Shown here piece after piece: positions 1 through 14,991 of a DNA stretch of 64,000 nucleotides. This stretch comes from the human T2T-CHM13v2.0 reference genome, Homo sapiens. The position numbers and the translations under genes were made by a program. Each line of letters starts with the position of its first letter. Position 1 is the stretch's first letter. The stretch is taken from NCBI RefSeq assembly GCF_009914755.1, contig NC_060926.1; one strand, written 5' to 3'. The notes beneath the pieces were generated by a model. That model had not been told where the DNA came from. It was given only the letters and a program-made list of their open reading frames with translations, and did not search any database.

Positions 1-469
1 TAAAGTTAACATTTAAATCATTTGCCTTTTCCAAATAAAGGCTATAAGCACAAATTGCTTTATTATTAGCCTAAATGCTTTGGTTATCTTACGCATAAAA
101 TATTTTTTAGCTCTGCTTGCATAACCCATAAGATTTAAGCAAAACATTGAGGGAAGGAGAATGAACACACATTGTTTAATGTGGCGTTTGACTTTACAGG
201 TGTATTTTGTCATGGCAGTCGTCCAGTTGGAGTGGGTCACTGATAAGCCAGCTTAGCTTATTCTTACACTAGATCTGATATTTCTGTGTGGAGGGAGATT
301 GATTCTCTAATGCTCTTGGGATTTTCTCTGTGCCTTTAGTTGGTTCATCCCAGGAGAGAAGGGATGACTCATGTTTTTGTTGAATTTGAGAGAGGAACTG
401 GGTTTGTACAGTCCTATCCATTTGTTGTACGCACTCTTTAGTATATCTTCCTACCTTATAAAAGATCTA

Positions 470-910
470 CCTTATAAAAGACCCGTTGAATACTTCCTGG
501 GCCTCAGGGCTGGATTGCAGGTAGCAGGATGTCCACCTCTGGTCACAGGTAGGCATCTGATCCAAACTGGGCCAATGAAATTTTCTCTTAGGACTTGAGA
601 GGGAATAAAGAAAATCAGTCTGGCTATGATATGTATGTAAACTCAGAAGCTGTGGGATGGCCATTGCTTTCGACTCATGTGGATTAAGAAGAAACAGGTA
701 TTCTGTAGAAGGAGAAGCATAAACTAGGTCCAAAGAGAACTGCTTGGGCTCTGATGGTTTTTCAGTTCTTCCCTCCAGCCTGTTCGAATTTCTGTTGCTG
801 GATATTATGAGATGTCTGTGTCCTCATAATAAAGTCTCTCTTTTTGTTTTTGCTAAAGGTAACATGAGTTGTTTTCTGCTACATGCGCCCAAAAGCATCT
901 TAGCTAATAT
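470..910 (+). mobile_element. Old MaLR (MLT1-like) LTR
   Basis: MLT1-type 3' end: AATAAAGTCTCTCTTTTTG..CCCAAAAGCATCTTAGCTAATA. Confidence 0.5.
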
Positions 911-941
911 ACCATTTAGTTGTGAATGAGAATATAATCTT

Positions 942-990
942 ACACAGGCTGTTTGAGAAGGAGGCTGCATTCTTCTCAAACAGCCTGTGT
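942..990. repeat. 19-bp perfect inverted repeat with 11-nt spacer
   Basis: ACACAGGCTGTTTGAGAAG (942-960) and CTTCTCAAACAGCCTGTGT (972-990). Confidence 0.95.
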
Positions 991-1074
991 TTGAAGGAGA
1001 AGCAATGGCTGTTGGTACAGCAATTTTAGGTGGTATAATGAAATTTCATCTTTTCATTAAATTAAATTAATTAC

Positions 1075-1406
1075 TTAATTTTATTTTCATTTTTAATTTA
1101 TTTTATTTAACTTTATTTTTAAGGCAGGGTCTCTCTCTGTCGCCCCGGCTGGAGTGCAGTGGTGCAATCACAGCTCACTGTAGCTTCAAGCTCCTAGGCT
1201 CAAGCAAATCCTTCCACCTCATCCTCTTGAGTAGCTGGGACTACATGTGGCACCACCACACCCAACTAATTTTTTTAAACATTTTTTGTAGAGATGAGGT
1301 CTCACTTTGTTGCCCAGTCTGGTCTCAAACTCCTGGCCTCAAACAGTCCGCCTGCCCAGGCCTCCCGAAGTGCTGGGATTACAGGTGTCAGCCACAGCAC
1401 CCAGCC
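1075..1406 (-). mobile_element. AluJ
   Basis: Reverse Alu dimer with degenerate T-rich tail. Confidence 0.9.
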
Positions 1407-1556
1407 AGGAAGGAGGATTTTTATATAACCAAACCAGAAGGTAATGTGATTCAGTTTTGTCATATATATGGGGATAATTTGCCTGAAATTTCTCACCCCC
1501 TACTTTCCCAAGAACTTGCATAAACATCTCCCACTGCTAAAACAAAGCAAAATACA

Positions 1557-1911
<355 letters not shown>

Positions 1912-2164
1912 CTACCATATTTTGAACACATTGAGGGTGACCAGCTGATGAATATGCTAGTTGGCCACTAAGTTTTTGAATTTAGCTATGTAATTGACAT
2001 AATTGTAGTTAGCAAGTTATATGTGTTTAAAAACATTAGTCACTAAAATATGCAGATTTTAATGAAAGAGAGAAGATATTGTGCTGGGAATATTTAACCC
2101 AGAATACTTCTCTGGCATAAGTTAAATCTCAAGATGTTTTACTTCTTAAGAAAAAATACATTTG

Positions 2165-2469
2165 GGCCAGGCTCAGTGGCTCATGCCTGTAATCCCAGCG
2201 CTTTGGGAGGCCAAGGTGGGCAGATCACCTGAGGTCAGGAGTTCAAGACCAGCCTGACCAACATGGAAAAACCTCGTCTCTACTAAAAATACAAAATTAG
2301 TTGGGCATGGTGGCACATGCCTGTAATCCCAGCTATTCAGGAGGCTGAGGCAGGAGAATCTCTTGAACCTGAGAGTTGGAGGTTGTGGTGAGCCAAGATT
2401 GTGCCATTGCACTCCAGCCTGGACAACAAGAGCAAAAGTCCATCTCAAAAAAAAAAAAAAAAAGAAAGA
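2165..2469 (+). mobile_element. AluS
   Basis: Full dimer with A tail; flanking repeat AAGAAAAAATACAT. Confidence 0.93.
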
Positions 2470-2907
2470 AAGAAAAAATACATGTGGAATCTGCTCTGCA
2501 GGTGTCCAGTCATAATTGACAAAATGGCTTATAATAAGGATTCTGAAATTCTTATTCATGTTAAATCATTCCAGTGATTTACATTGAAGTCAAATGCTGG
2601 TTAAGTGGTTTCATGAGGATGAATTTTACACCTAACCAGAGCACACTATCTGCCGTTCCTCTGCATTGTTTACTGTGCTTCTATAGGTGAGATTTTTCCC
2701 CACTTACTTAGCTCTTTTATGAATCCTCAACCCCAGAGTTATTTAACACATATTCCAGAATTGGTGATCACTGCACCAATTCAGCCCTCTGTGTTCCAGG
2801 GAAACCCTTCTTAACAACTCTAGTTACTTTGTAAGCTATGCTCTAATTTTAAGTGATATCTAAATGAAAATAAAATATAATTCACATTATTTTCAAAAGC
2901 TATTCCA

Positions 2908-3226
2908 TTTTTTTTTTTTTTTTTGGTGGGGGCAGGGTCTCAGCTCTGTCACCCAGGCTGGAGTGCAGTGGCACGATTATGGCTCACTGCAGTCTCCAAC
3001 ACCCAGGCTCAAGTGATCCTCCCACCTCAGCCTGCCTGGTAGCTCTATAGGTATGTGCCACCACACCCAGCTATTTGTTTGTTTGTTTGTTTGTTTGTTT
3101 GTTTTTTTCAGAGACAGAGTTTCATCATGTTGCCCAGGTTGGTCTCAAACTTCTGAGCTCAAGCAGTCTGCCTGCCTTGGCCTCCCAAAGTGCTGGGATT
3201 ACAGGCATAAGACACTGCACCCGGCC
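2908..3226 (-). mobile_element. AluJ
   Basis: Reverse dimer with (TTTG)n linker. Confidence 0.9.
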
Positions 3227-3632
3227 TCAAAAGCTTTTCTTTATTTGACTAATCCAAACACCCTTTCATGATAATAGCATGCAATAAATTAGGAATAGAA
3301 GGGAATTTTCTCAACTTAGAGAAAAACATCTACAAAAAACCCACAGATAACATCACGCTTAATAGTGAAAGGCTGAAAGCTTTCCTCCTAAGATTAGGAA
3401 TAAGACAAGGATATTTGCTCTCACGGCTTCTATTCAACACTGCACTACAGATTCTAGCCAGGACAATGATGTAAGAAAAAGAAATGAAACATCCAGATTG
3501 GAAAGGAAGGAGTAAAACTATCTCTGCTTACAAATGGCACAATCTTGTGTGTACAAAATACAAAGGAATCTACAAAAACTCTTAGAGCTAATAAACAAGT
3601 TTGGCAAGGTTGCAGCATACAAGATCAATTGT

Positions 3633-4244
<612 letters not shown>

Positions 4245-4471
4245 TTACATATGCAAAGGATCAAAAGGAATTAAAATACTTAGGAGTGAATTAAAATAAG
4301 TGCAAACCTGTAATCTGAAAACTATCAAATATTGTTGAAAGAAATTAAAGAAGATCTAAATAAATGGAAAGACATCCCATGTTCATGAATTAGAAGACTT
4401 AACATTAAGATGGTAATATTTTCCAAATTAATCTACAGATTCAATGCTATTCCAATCAAAATCCTAGCTGC

Positions 4472-5060
4472 CTTATTTTATTTATTTTATTTTATTTTTG
4501 TGACAGGGTCTCACTCTATACCCAGGCTGGAGTGCAGTGGCATAATCACAGTTCACTGCAGTCTTCACCACTCCAGCTCTAGTGATCTTCCCACCTCAGT
4601 CTCTAGAATCCAGCTACCTTTTGAAATTCTTTCTTTCTTTCTTTTTCTTTCTTTCTTTCTTTTTTTCTTTCTTTCTCTCTCTCTCTCTTTTTTTCTTCTT
4701 TCTTTCTTTCCTCTTTCTTCTTTCTTTCTTTCCTTCCTTCCTTCCTTCATTATTTTCTTTCTTCTTTTTTTTTTTTTTTTGACAGAGCCTCACTCTGTTG
4801 CCCAGGCTGGAGTGCAGTAGCACAGGCTTGGCTCACTGCAACCTCTGCCCCCTGGGCTTAAGCAATTCTTGTGCCTCAGGCTCCTGAGTAGCTGGGACTA
4901 CAGGCACGTGCCACTGTGCCAGGCTAATTTTTGTATTTTTAGTGGAGACAGGGTTTCACCATGTTGGCCAGGCTGGTCTTGAACTCCTGACCTCAAATGA
5001 TCTGCTTGCCTCAGCCTCCCAAAGTGCTAGGATTACAGACGTGAGCTGCCAAGCCCAGCC
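4472..5060 (-). mobile_element. Alu fragment plus Alu with an expanded TC-rich tail (4626-4780)
   Basis: Reverse Alu sequences separated by (TTTC)n/(TC)n/(TTCC)n. Confidence 0.88.
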
Positions 5061-5441
5061 CCCAGCTACCTTTTTTAAAAGTGGAAAATTTAAGCTGATT
5101 CTAAATTCATATGGAAATGCAAGGTACTCAAACAATCTTGAGAAAGAACAAAGTAGAAAGACTCACACTTCCTAATTTCAAGACTTACTACAAAGGTACA
5201 TTAATCAAGTGAGTGTGGTACTGACAAAAGGCTAGACTTATGATCAGTAGACTAGAATTGAGAGTTCAGAAATAAACTCTTATATTTACAGTCAATTGAT
5301 TTTTTGACAACGGCGCTAAGACAATTCAATGGGAAAAGAATAGTCTTTTCAGCAAAATGGTGCTGGGACAACTGGGTATCTACATACAAATGAATGAAGG
5401 CGGACTCTGACTTCACACCATATGTAAGAATAAATCAAAAT

Positions 5442-5573
5442 GAGCCAGGTGTGGTAGTGCATGCCTGTAGTCCCAGCTACTTGGGAGGCTGAGGTGGGAA
5501 GATCTCTTGAGCCCAGGAGTTTGAGTCCAGCATGGGCAATGTAGGGAGACCATACCTAAGGAAAAAAAAAAAA
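5442..5573 (+). mobile_element. FLAM monomer
   Basis: Single left-arm-like Alu monomer with A tail. Confidence 0.8.
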
Positions 5574-6255
5574 TTAACTCAGAATGGATCAAAGACCTAA
5601 CTACCAGAGCTAGAAGTACAAAACTCTTGGAAGAAAACATAGATGTAACTCTTTATGACTTTGGAAAGGCAATGCTTTCTTGGGTTTGACACCAAAAACA
5701 CAAGCAACAAAAGGAAAAAGTAAATAAATTGGATTTTGTGAACATTTAAAATTTTTGTGTTTCAAAAGACACCACCATCAAGAAAGTGAAAAGGCAACTC
5801 ATAGAAGGGGAGAAAATTTTTGCAAACCTTATATCTGATAAGGAACTTATACCTAGAATATGTAAATAACTATTACAACTCAAAAATAAAGACAATGATT
5901 AAAAAATGGGCAAAAGGTCTGAACAAAGATTTCTTCAAAGAAGATTTACAAATGGCCAATAAGCACATGAAAAGTTGCTTGATGTCTGATGTCATTCATT
6001 ATTAGAAAAATAATCAAAACTACAAAGAGATACCACTTCATACCTACTAGAATGGCTAAAATGAAAATGATGGAAAATAACAAGTGTTGGCATGGATGTG
6101 GAGACATTGGAACCTGCATATAATTATGGTGGGAATGAAAAATAGTGCAAATTCTTTGGAAACAGTCTGGCAGTTCCTCAAGAAGTTTAACATAGAGTTG
6201 CCATATGACTCAGCAATTCCACTCCTAGGTATATACCTAAAAGAAATGAAAACAA

Positions 6256-6650
6256 GGCCGGATGCAGTGACTCATACCTGTAATCCCAGCACTTTTGGAG
6301 GCTGAGGTGAGGAAATTGCTTAAGGCCAGGAGTTTTATATCAGCCTGACCAACATAGTGAGACCCCCATTTCTACAAAAAATATTTTTCAAAATTAGCTG
6401 GGTTTGGTGGTGTGCACCTGTAGTCCTAGCTACTTAGTGTGCTGAGGCAGAAGGATCACTTGAGCCCAGGAATTCAAGGTTATAATGAGCTATGATTGGG
6501 CCACTACACTCCAGCCTGGGTGACAGTGGGAGATCACATCTCTAAAAAATAAATAAATACCAAGGTGGGAGGATCACATGAGTCCAGGAGTTCGAGACCA
6601 ACCTGGACAATACAATGAGACCTCATCTCTACTTTATTTTAAATAAGTAA
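6256..6650 (+). mobile_element. AluJ plus trailing Alu fragment
   Basis: Dimer 6256-6558 followed by a partial left arm. Confidence 0.88.
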
Positions 6651-6774
6651 ATAAAAAACCAAATTGATTGTGGTGATGGTTGCACAACTCTGTGAATATT
6701 ATAAAAATCACTGAATTGTACATTTTAAATGGGTGAATTTTATGGTATGTTAATTATATATAAATAGAACAGAA

Positions 6775-6776
<2 letters not shown>

Positions 6777-6808
<32 letters not shown>
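6777..6808. repeat. (TG)n microsatellite
   Basis: About 16 TG units, seen directly. Confidence 0.97.
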
Positions 6809-6811
<3 letters not shown>

Positions 6812-6812
6812 C

Positions 6813-7207
6813 TGTATTAGACAGGATTCTCCAGAGAAACAGAACAAACAGGATGTATTTATATACAGAAAGAAATGTATTTTAAGGAATTCGCTCACAC
6901 AGTTATGGAGATTGACAAGTCCAAAATCTGCAGGGTGGGCCAGCAGGCTAGAGATGCAGGGATGAGTCAATGTTGCACTTGCGGTCTAAAGGCTGCAGAA
7001 TTTACTCTTACTCAGGGGAGGTCAGGCCTTCAAATGATTGGATGAGGTTCACCCACATTATGGAAGGCAATCTGCTTTACTCAAAATCCGCTGATGTAAG
7101 TCGTAATCTCACCCAAAATACCCCCACAGTAACATCCAGAATGATGCTTGATCATGTATCTGGGCACTGCGGCCCAGCCAAGTTGACACACAAAATTAAT
7201 CATTATA
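6813..7207 (-). mobile_element. MLT2 (ERVL) solo LTR, MLT2C/D-like
   Basis: TGTATTAG..TTCTCCAGAGAAACAGAAC start and CAAGTTGACAC..AAAATTAATCAT end, typical of reverse-oriented MLT2. Confidence 0.8.
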
Positions 7208-7404
7208 ATGGCCTATTCTTTCTACTTTCTCATTGGTCCTGGTGACTGGATAACTTTAGGAAGTGGCATTGTTGATTCACCTAAAAAGCAGTTCTAAATA
7301 TAGTAGCTATTCACAATAAAAGTTCAACGGACGGTGTGTGCCTGATAGGCTACTTAGGCTATTAACAGATTTAGTAATGGAGGTTATAAAAATAATTCCT
7401 AATA

Positions 7405-8016
7405 GGCCAGGAACAGTGGCTCATGACTGAAATCCCAGCAGTTTGTAAGGCCTAGGAGGGTAAATCGCTTCAGCTCAGGAGTTCGAGACCATCCTGGGCA
7501 ACATGGTGAAACCCCATTTCTACTAAAAATACAAAAATTAGCTGGGAATGGTGGCACATGCCTGTAATCCCAGCTACTTGGGAGGCTAAGGCATGAGAAT
7601 TGCTTGAACCCAGGAAGTGGAGTTGCAGTGAGCAGAGATGGCACCACTGCATCCTATCCTGGGTGACAGAGTGAGATTCTGTCTCAAAATTAAAAAAAAA
7701 AAAGAAAGAAGGAAAAAAAAAAGGGTGGACACGGTGGTTCATGCTTGTAATCCCAGCACTTTGGGAGGCCAAGGCAGGAGGATCACCTGAGGTCAGGAGT
7801 TAAAGACCAGCGTGGCCAATATGGTGAAACCCCGTCCCTACTAATAATGCAAAAATTAGCCAGGTGTGGTGGTGCATGCCTGTAATCCCAGCTACTCAGA
7901 AGGCTGAGACAGGAGAATCACCTGAACCTGGGAGGCCGAGGTTGCAGTCAGCCAAGATCACGCCACTGCACTCCAGCCTGGGCGATAGAACAAGACTCCA
8001 TCTCAAAAAAAAAAAA
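7405..8016 (+). mobile_element. Two tandem AluS elements
   Basis: Dimers at ~7405-7720 and ~7723-8016. Confidence 0.92.
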
Positions 8017-10144
8017 TTCTCGTAATAAAATGATATAATATTTACCTCTAGAAGTTTCCCTTTTCGTAAACCTTTTACATAACTAAAGGTTATAAAATAT
8101 GTCACTCATATTGATATTTCTCTTTTTTATTAATCTTTATATTTTATGAGTTCTTTGTAGCAGATATTTCGAGTTTTGCATTATAAAAAGTGTTTTGATT
8201 TTAGATTTAATATTGTTTTTAGAACATTCATTAGGGCCAAAAATGAAAATGTTCCCATCTGGAAAATGATGCATTTGTACACAAGTTGAACTCTCATTTC
8301 TTTGCATAATTACTGCTTAGTTTTTCATATGTAAAATATTAAATCTGGTGGGGAGCTTATGTAAGTGTAAAGAAAGTATTCTGGAAGAAGATGCCAAACT
8401 GATAACACCAGAGAAATGAAAAGGTACTGGGCTTGAGAAAATGGCGGGGGAAGTCCAAAGAGAACTTCAAACTTATCTGCATTGTATTTAAAATTTATAC
8501 GGAGAATATATTGTATGCATTACTTACACAATTAGCAATTTAAAAATAGCATATCTAGTCTGATTTCCTTATTTTGTAGATTGCAGAATGGTGGCTTAAA
8601 GAGATTGAGAAGCTCATGGAAGATCGCACTGCTAGTTAATGGCAGAGAAAGGACTGGCAGCTAGGCTTCCAGTGGCCCAGTCCCTAACTAAATAATCTAC
8701 CCAGACAATAATGTACTAAAAACATCAAAATAGGCATCACAAAATATTGAATATAAAAATATTAACTAGTCTAGAAGTTTAATAGATTTTTATATAGAAT
8801 ATCATTTAGAAGATGAATTTAATTTTTCAGAACCAAGAGAAAGAAAGGCCAGAGTGTTTTGGAGAAGGAATTTTGAAGAACTCATAGTCCTGGAGATGGA
8901 TCAGGGAGGGAGAGAGAGAGAGGGTACAGCAGCCATTTGGCTTGGCCTGGAGTGGAGGTGGTGGCTAGATCAGGGCCCCTTAGGAGTGGTCAAATATAGC
9001 TTGCACAGTGTGTGAAAAAGATAACACTTAGCAGCTGTCTATACTGAGTCCTGAAAGTTGTCTTTATAATTTCACCTCTGTGAGCCTTAACTATTTTTAT
9101 AAATTATTTCTATTTAACTGTAATCCTGAATCGGGTTTTCAGGGTCTTCTAAATAACTGTTATTTGGAAACAAAACGGTATTGAATTTTACTAAAAACAT
9201 ACACATATAAATCAGGTTTTCAATAATGTGTTTTTCTTTGTATACAGAGCTAATGAAACCTACCCTCACTTTGAGTTACTATTTAATGCATTTAGATTCT
9301 CTATCTTGGTTTTTGTTGTTGTTGTTGAAATGTAAGATACATTTTCACAAAATAGAACAAGGTTGAAGCAGAATTAGAGATTTTTGGAAATGGAAGAAGT
9401 CCTAGACTCATCTAAGCTAACCTAAGAATTCAAATGACTTGCCTAAGTTCTCATAGTTGGAGCAAAAGACCTTTGTTTGTGACTCCCCTCTACCACTATA
9501 AGCTCCTTGGTGCATCTATCCATTGTTTGCTTTATAAGGGCAAACTTGTTGTTGTTGTTGTTTAACATTTTATTTTTAACTCTCTGCCTAGCATATATAG
9601 GGACTTATAAATGTTTGTGCAATAAATTAATCTAAATGCTAACTCAGAGCTAGTGATAAAGGTTAAAAAATTATCAGTGCATGCAGTATTGCAGCACGGC
9701 TGCTGGAGGTGGGAAGATAATTATCAACAAGGGCAAGACAGCCAGTACAAGGAAAGGGGACTTCTGAGAAGAGGAAGTGGTAACCAGGCAGAGAAGTGGC
9801 TTGTGAGGATAGACTGACCATTAGAGTGTCCAGCAAAATTGTTCTGCAAGGGAAGCAGCCCTTCAAGGAGGCTAGAAAGTACAGAATAGGGGAATAATCT
9901 GTGTGGGAGTTTGGCTTATGTTCCCAGCAAACTAAGGCACAGAAAGGCTGTGACTTTCCTAAGGTGTTATGTAAATTAGTAGTAGCGCTGGAAGTAGAAC
10001 CAAGTCTTCTGTGTCCTGGCCTAGTGCTCATTCCATTGAACCACTTCACCTTCTTTAGCAAATAAGAGAACAAGTTATGAAACGCTAGACTAGGACTATG
10101 TTCTAAGCAAACCCCCTCAGTCTACTGAAGCAGCAATGATTGCA

Positions 10145-10496
<352 letters not shown>

Positions 10497-10584
10497 TAGG
10501 ACAGCCATCTACTGTCCCAATAAGAAGTGATATCTTCCTAAAAAAAAAAAAGTAATAGCTTCCATATATACATATATGCAAATC

Positions 10585-10630
10585 ATATATATATGCGTAC
10601 CATATATATATATGGTACGCATATATATAT
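10585..10630. repeat. Perfect 46-bp AT-rich palindrome
   Basis: (AT)5-GCGTACC-(AT)6-GGTACGC-(AT)5 is its own reverse complement. Confidence 0.95.
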
Positions 10631-10802
10631 ATATATGGAAACCAGCTCCTGTCGCTATTATTATTATCTGTACAACTCATTGGAAGCTATCCTTGTACCA
10701 TCTTGCATCATCTCCTCTATTGTCATCTTGAACAAATATTTATTTATTTCAGTTATTTAAACATTTTATTATTTTAATTTTTCACTTAAGACATCTCAAT
10801 AA

Positions 10803-11100
<298 letters not shown>

Positions 11101-11860
11101 TAAGCTTTTTAACTTATGATGTCAAAAATTTCATTTTGCGTCCCACTCCTTGAAGGGTATGCAGTAGGCATATATTGTTTGTTTACTGAATGAGTAGAGA
11201 CTTTAAAAGTGAGATATATTGCAGTTTCTAAATTCCTTTTGTAGTAGTATTAGAATCAAATATCTCAAACCAAAACAGTCTCTTAAAATGAAGAGACTGT
11301 CTCAGTGAGGAGGAGCTGGGAGGTATCAAGTTATTGTTTATCTTTGTCTCCTAGATGACTGACACTTGATGTAGAATTTAGTCCATAGAATATCTAAGGT
11401 GTGCTCATGTCTTCCCTCCACTGGACATCGTGGTTGTCTTCCAAGCACTCTTTTCACCTTTACTGTGTACCAGCCAGGAGACTTGGGGAGAGGGTTAACC
11501 CCATTCTAGTAATTCAATCCACCTTGCTACCATTAAGTTCTTCAGGTAATCAAACCTAAGCCAATCAGCATTCAGGAAGGGGAATGTGGCTGATTTAGGA
11601 ATCACATTAGTGATGGGAGCTTCTGTTTGAGCTTTCTCATTCTTCTGAGAGAACAATGAGAAACCAGCTGTCCCTCTCCTTCTGGATGGCACACAGTACA
11701 GATGAAAGCTTGGAACTGCTACAGTTCCATGGAGGAAGTCAGCTCCATTGTCACTGTCAAAAAGGCAGCATTAGGGTGATGCTGACATCACAGATTTCAG
11801 AGCAGAGGGATGGAAATAAAGGAAATCCTTGATGACATTGTTGAGTCCATATCAAGTGAT

Positions 11861-12189
11861 TCCCATAAAACCAACGTTGAAACCTGACCAGGGACAGATC
11901 CAGATTTAGGTTCGGAATAGCTTGATGCTTACACAATTTTGAGAGTTCTCTTTAAGAAAAATAATATAAGATTACAAATGCAAAATTAAGTACAGAAGTG
12001 AACATTTAAACAGAACAAGAAATCATACCAAACTACAAATTTTGAAAAGGTGTCAAATATCCTAAATATCCCCAAATCTAAAACAACAATAATATTTTAA
12101 ATTATCCTTTCCATTTTCTTCTTTTTCCAGAGAATAATGTTTCTTCAGTCTCTAAGGACTCAGCTCCTTACATGAGCTTTGGTGGAGGT
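11861..12189 (+). repeat. Copy A of a diverged ~330-bp local direct duplication
   Basis: Aligns colinearly by eye with 16009-16337 (shared blocks such as AAGATTACAAATG.AAAATTAAGTAC and ATTTAAACAGAACAAGAAATCA). Confidence 0.9.
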
Positions 12190-12493
12190 AATGAGGCAGC
12201 ACCTGCAGGTCTAAATCGAGATGGGAATGTTCAGCCTTCGTGGGCTTCACAAGATTGATTCCTGACTACCTTGCTGTGAATGGCACAACTCACACCATAA
12301 TGCAGCTTCATATACAGCTTGGGAAGCACATAGGCATCAAAGATATTCTTTAGAAATGTCCCTAACAACTGCAGCCTTTGCTGTGTTTTGAATGATGAAC
12401 CTAATAGCCTTATCCGTAGGCTGCACATGGCTGTGATCCTTTGTGGCAACACCATTGTTTCTTCTTTTCTTTGTCATCTTGGAAGCAAGGACC
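12101..12493 (-). pseudogene. RPS26P: Processed pseudogene of 40S ribosomal protein S26 (eS26)
   Basis: Intronless. ATG 12477 reads [13 protein letters not shown]; later [28 protein letters not shown] and RFRPAGAA..PPPKLM* (TAA 12170-12168), followed by RPS26-like 3'UTR. Lesions: ~11-codon deletion after VQP, a 2-nt frameshift after RDIS, and an internal TGA. Confidence 0.95.
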
Positions 12494-12682
12494 CTAAAAA
12501 CAATATTTTTATTGTTTTATTATCTGCCTGACACATCTCTATGGTATTTTTTCTCCTGCTTTTTGGGATGCAGTTTCTTTGATGTCCTCTTCATGAGACA
12601 ATGCTTTTGTATTAGCATTACAGAGATACCGTAATCTTATTATAGAAAGAATCCAATGTTGCAGTTGATCAAAATTTGTGGG

Positions 12683-13125
<443 letters not shown>

Positions 13126-13513
13126 TTTTGTTTCTATAGCTTAAAAAAACTTTCTTTTGGTTTTGCAGCATTTTGAACAGATTTGTCAAATTTGAGAAAA
13201 CCTCTATCATGTTTCATATATGGTTTATATGATTTCAGGACATTTCAAATTTTCTTGAGCAAAAATAACCTCAAATACTCTTTGAGTTCATCGTATTTTT
13301 ATAGTGGCAGACAATGAATTCTGTGATATCCTCATTGAAATCAGTGTTCGAGGAGTCTGCCTACATGTGGACCTCCTCAGTTCTGTTTATAATACTGCTA
13401 TAGTTTGTGCTCCATGAGTACTGGAATTCTGAAAAACTCTATCTCAAAATATCCCCATCGAAAAAGATAAAAAGCACGGTGTATTTGTAATAATAACGGC
13501 AGTATTATCAAGT

Positions 13514-13878
13514 ACAGTCCTGCAGTACATATGACATTTCCATCCACAATGCACCTCTAATAGGATGGCCCGCCTAGAAAACGGTAGCCCCATAAGATTA
13601 TAATATTGTATTTTTATTGTACCTTCTCTATGTTTAGATATATTTAGATACAGAAATACTACTGGGTTGCAACTGCCTACAGTATTCAGTACCGTCACAT
13701 ACTGTAAAGGTTTGTAGCCCAGGAACAATCAGCTATACCATATAGACCAGGTGTGGAGTAGGCTATACCATCTAGGTTTGTATAAGCACACCCCGTAATG
13801 CTTGCCCAATGATGAAATTGCCTAGTGACACATTTCCAACGTTAAGGCTATTCACAATGTTAACTGATGCATGACTCT
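13514..13878. mobile_element. Tigger3/MER7 (Golem) MITE
   Basis: Diagnostic CCCATAAGATTATAATA, GCCTACAGTATTCAGTAC, GGCTATACCATCTAGGTTTGT. Confidence 0.8.
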
Positions 13879-14442
13879 ACATACCTGGTGAGAGAGATTT
13901 TTTGTTTTCATTAGGTATCTGCTTTTGCTTTTACATGTCTGATGATCTGGTCGGGTGGGTGGTTCTCCTGTTCTGAGTCAGCTCAGCTGATTTCAGTTTC
14001 CCATGTGTGGCCACCTAGAGGGGTGACTGGCCACAGGATGATCTGGGATGGCCTCACCATCATGACTGGCGGTTGGCTGGCTTATCAGCTGAGCTGAGGT
14101 AACAGGGATGATTAGGCCACATGTCTGTCATCTTCCAGGAAGCTCGTATGGGCTTCTTCAGAGGGCAGTCATAATTCTAAAGCCTAAGACACAAGTATTT
14201 TTCAAGTCTCAGTTTGCTCCATATATGGTACCACAAGAGATTTACAAACCCCCTGTCCTGCCCCAGCCTGGAGCTGCTCTCCCTGAATCCTAACCCTGAT
14301 CTGACAGGCATATCACAGTAATTAGGAGAAGGGATGCAATATTAAGGATCTCTAATGATGCAGCTGAATTTTGAAATATCAATCAGTTTTCATTATTCCT
14401 CATTTATGTTAGTAAACATAATTTGTACACATATATAGCTCT

Positions 14443-14744
14443 TTTTTTTTTCTTTTTTTTTTGAGACGAAGTCTCACTCTATCGCCCAGGCTGGAGTGCA
14501 GTGGTGTGGTCTCGGCTCACTGCAACCTCTGCCTCGCAGGTTCAAGCGGTTCTCCTGGCTCAGCCTCCTGAATAGCTGGGATTACAGGCGCATACTCCCA
14601 TGCCCAGCCAATGTTTGTATTTTTAGTAGAGACAAGGTTTCACCATGTTGGCCAGGCTGGTCTGGAACTCCTGGCCTCAGGCAATCTCCCTGCCTCGGCC
14701 TCCCAAAGTGCTGAGATTACAGGTGTGAGCCACCACACCCAACC
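14443..14744 (-). mobile_element. AluS
   Basis: Reverse dimer with T tail. Confidence 0.92.
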
Positions 14745-14991
14745 TATAGTTCCTTTATAGTACAAGTACTTCCTTATTAAAATAAGATAACTTTCCTCCA
14801 ATAATCAATTTTTAAACCATTTCTGCATTGTCATGGTTTCACATGTCTTTAAGCTTATTTTGTATAGTTTGCAACCTAAATCTATGCAACATTTTCTAGT
14901 ACTGACAAACCTACGGTATTTGAGTTATGGGCTGACATTCATGGTCTTGCAGGCAAAACTCAAGTTCCTAGGTAGGACTGAGAAGTGGTCA

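Noticed and set aside
4410-4823. Phe/Leu/Ser-rich and Lys/Glu/Arg-rich ORFs (also 30070-30300)
   Set aside because: Translations of TC-rich simple repeats in Alu tails.
14008-14026. CTCF-like TGGCCACCTAGAGGGG (also CCACTAGAGGCG near 54083-54094)
   Set aside because: Each needs an indel to fit the CTCF core; not supportable.
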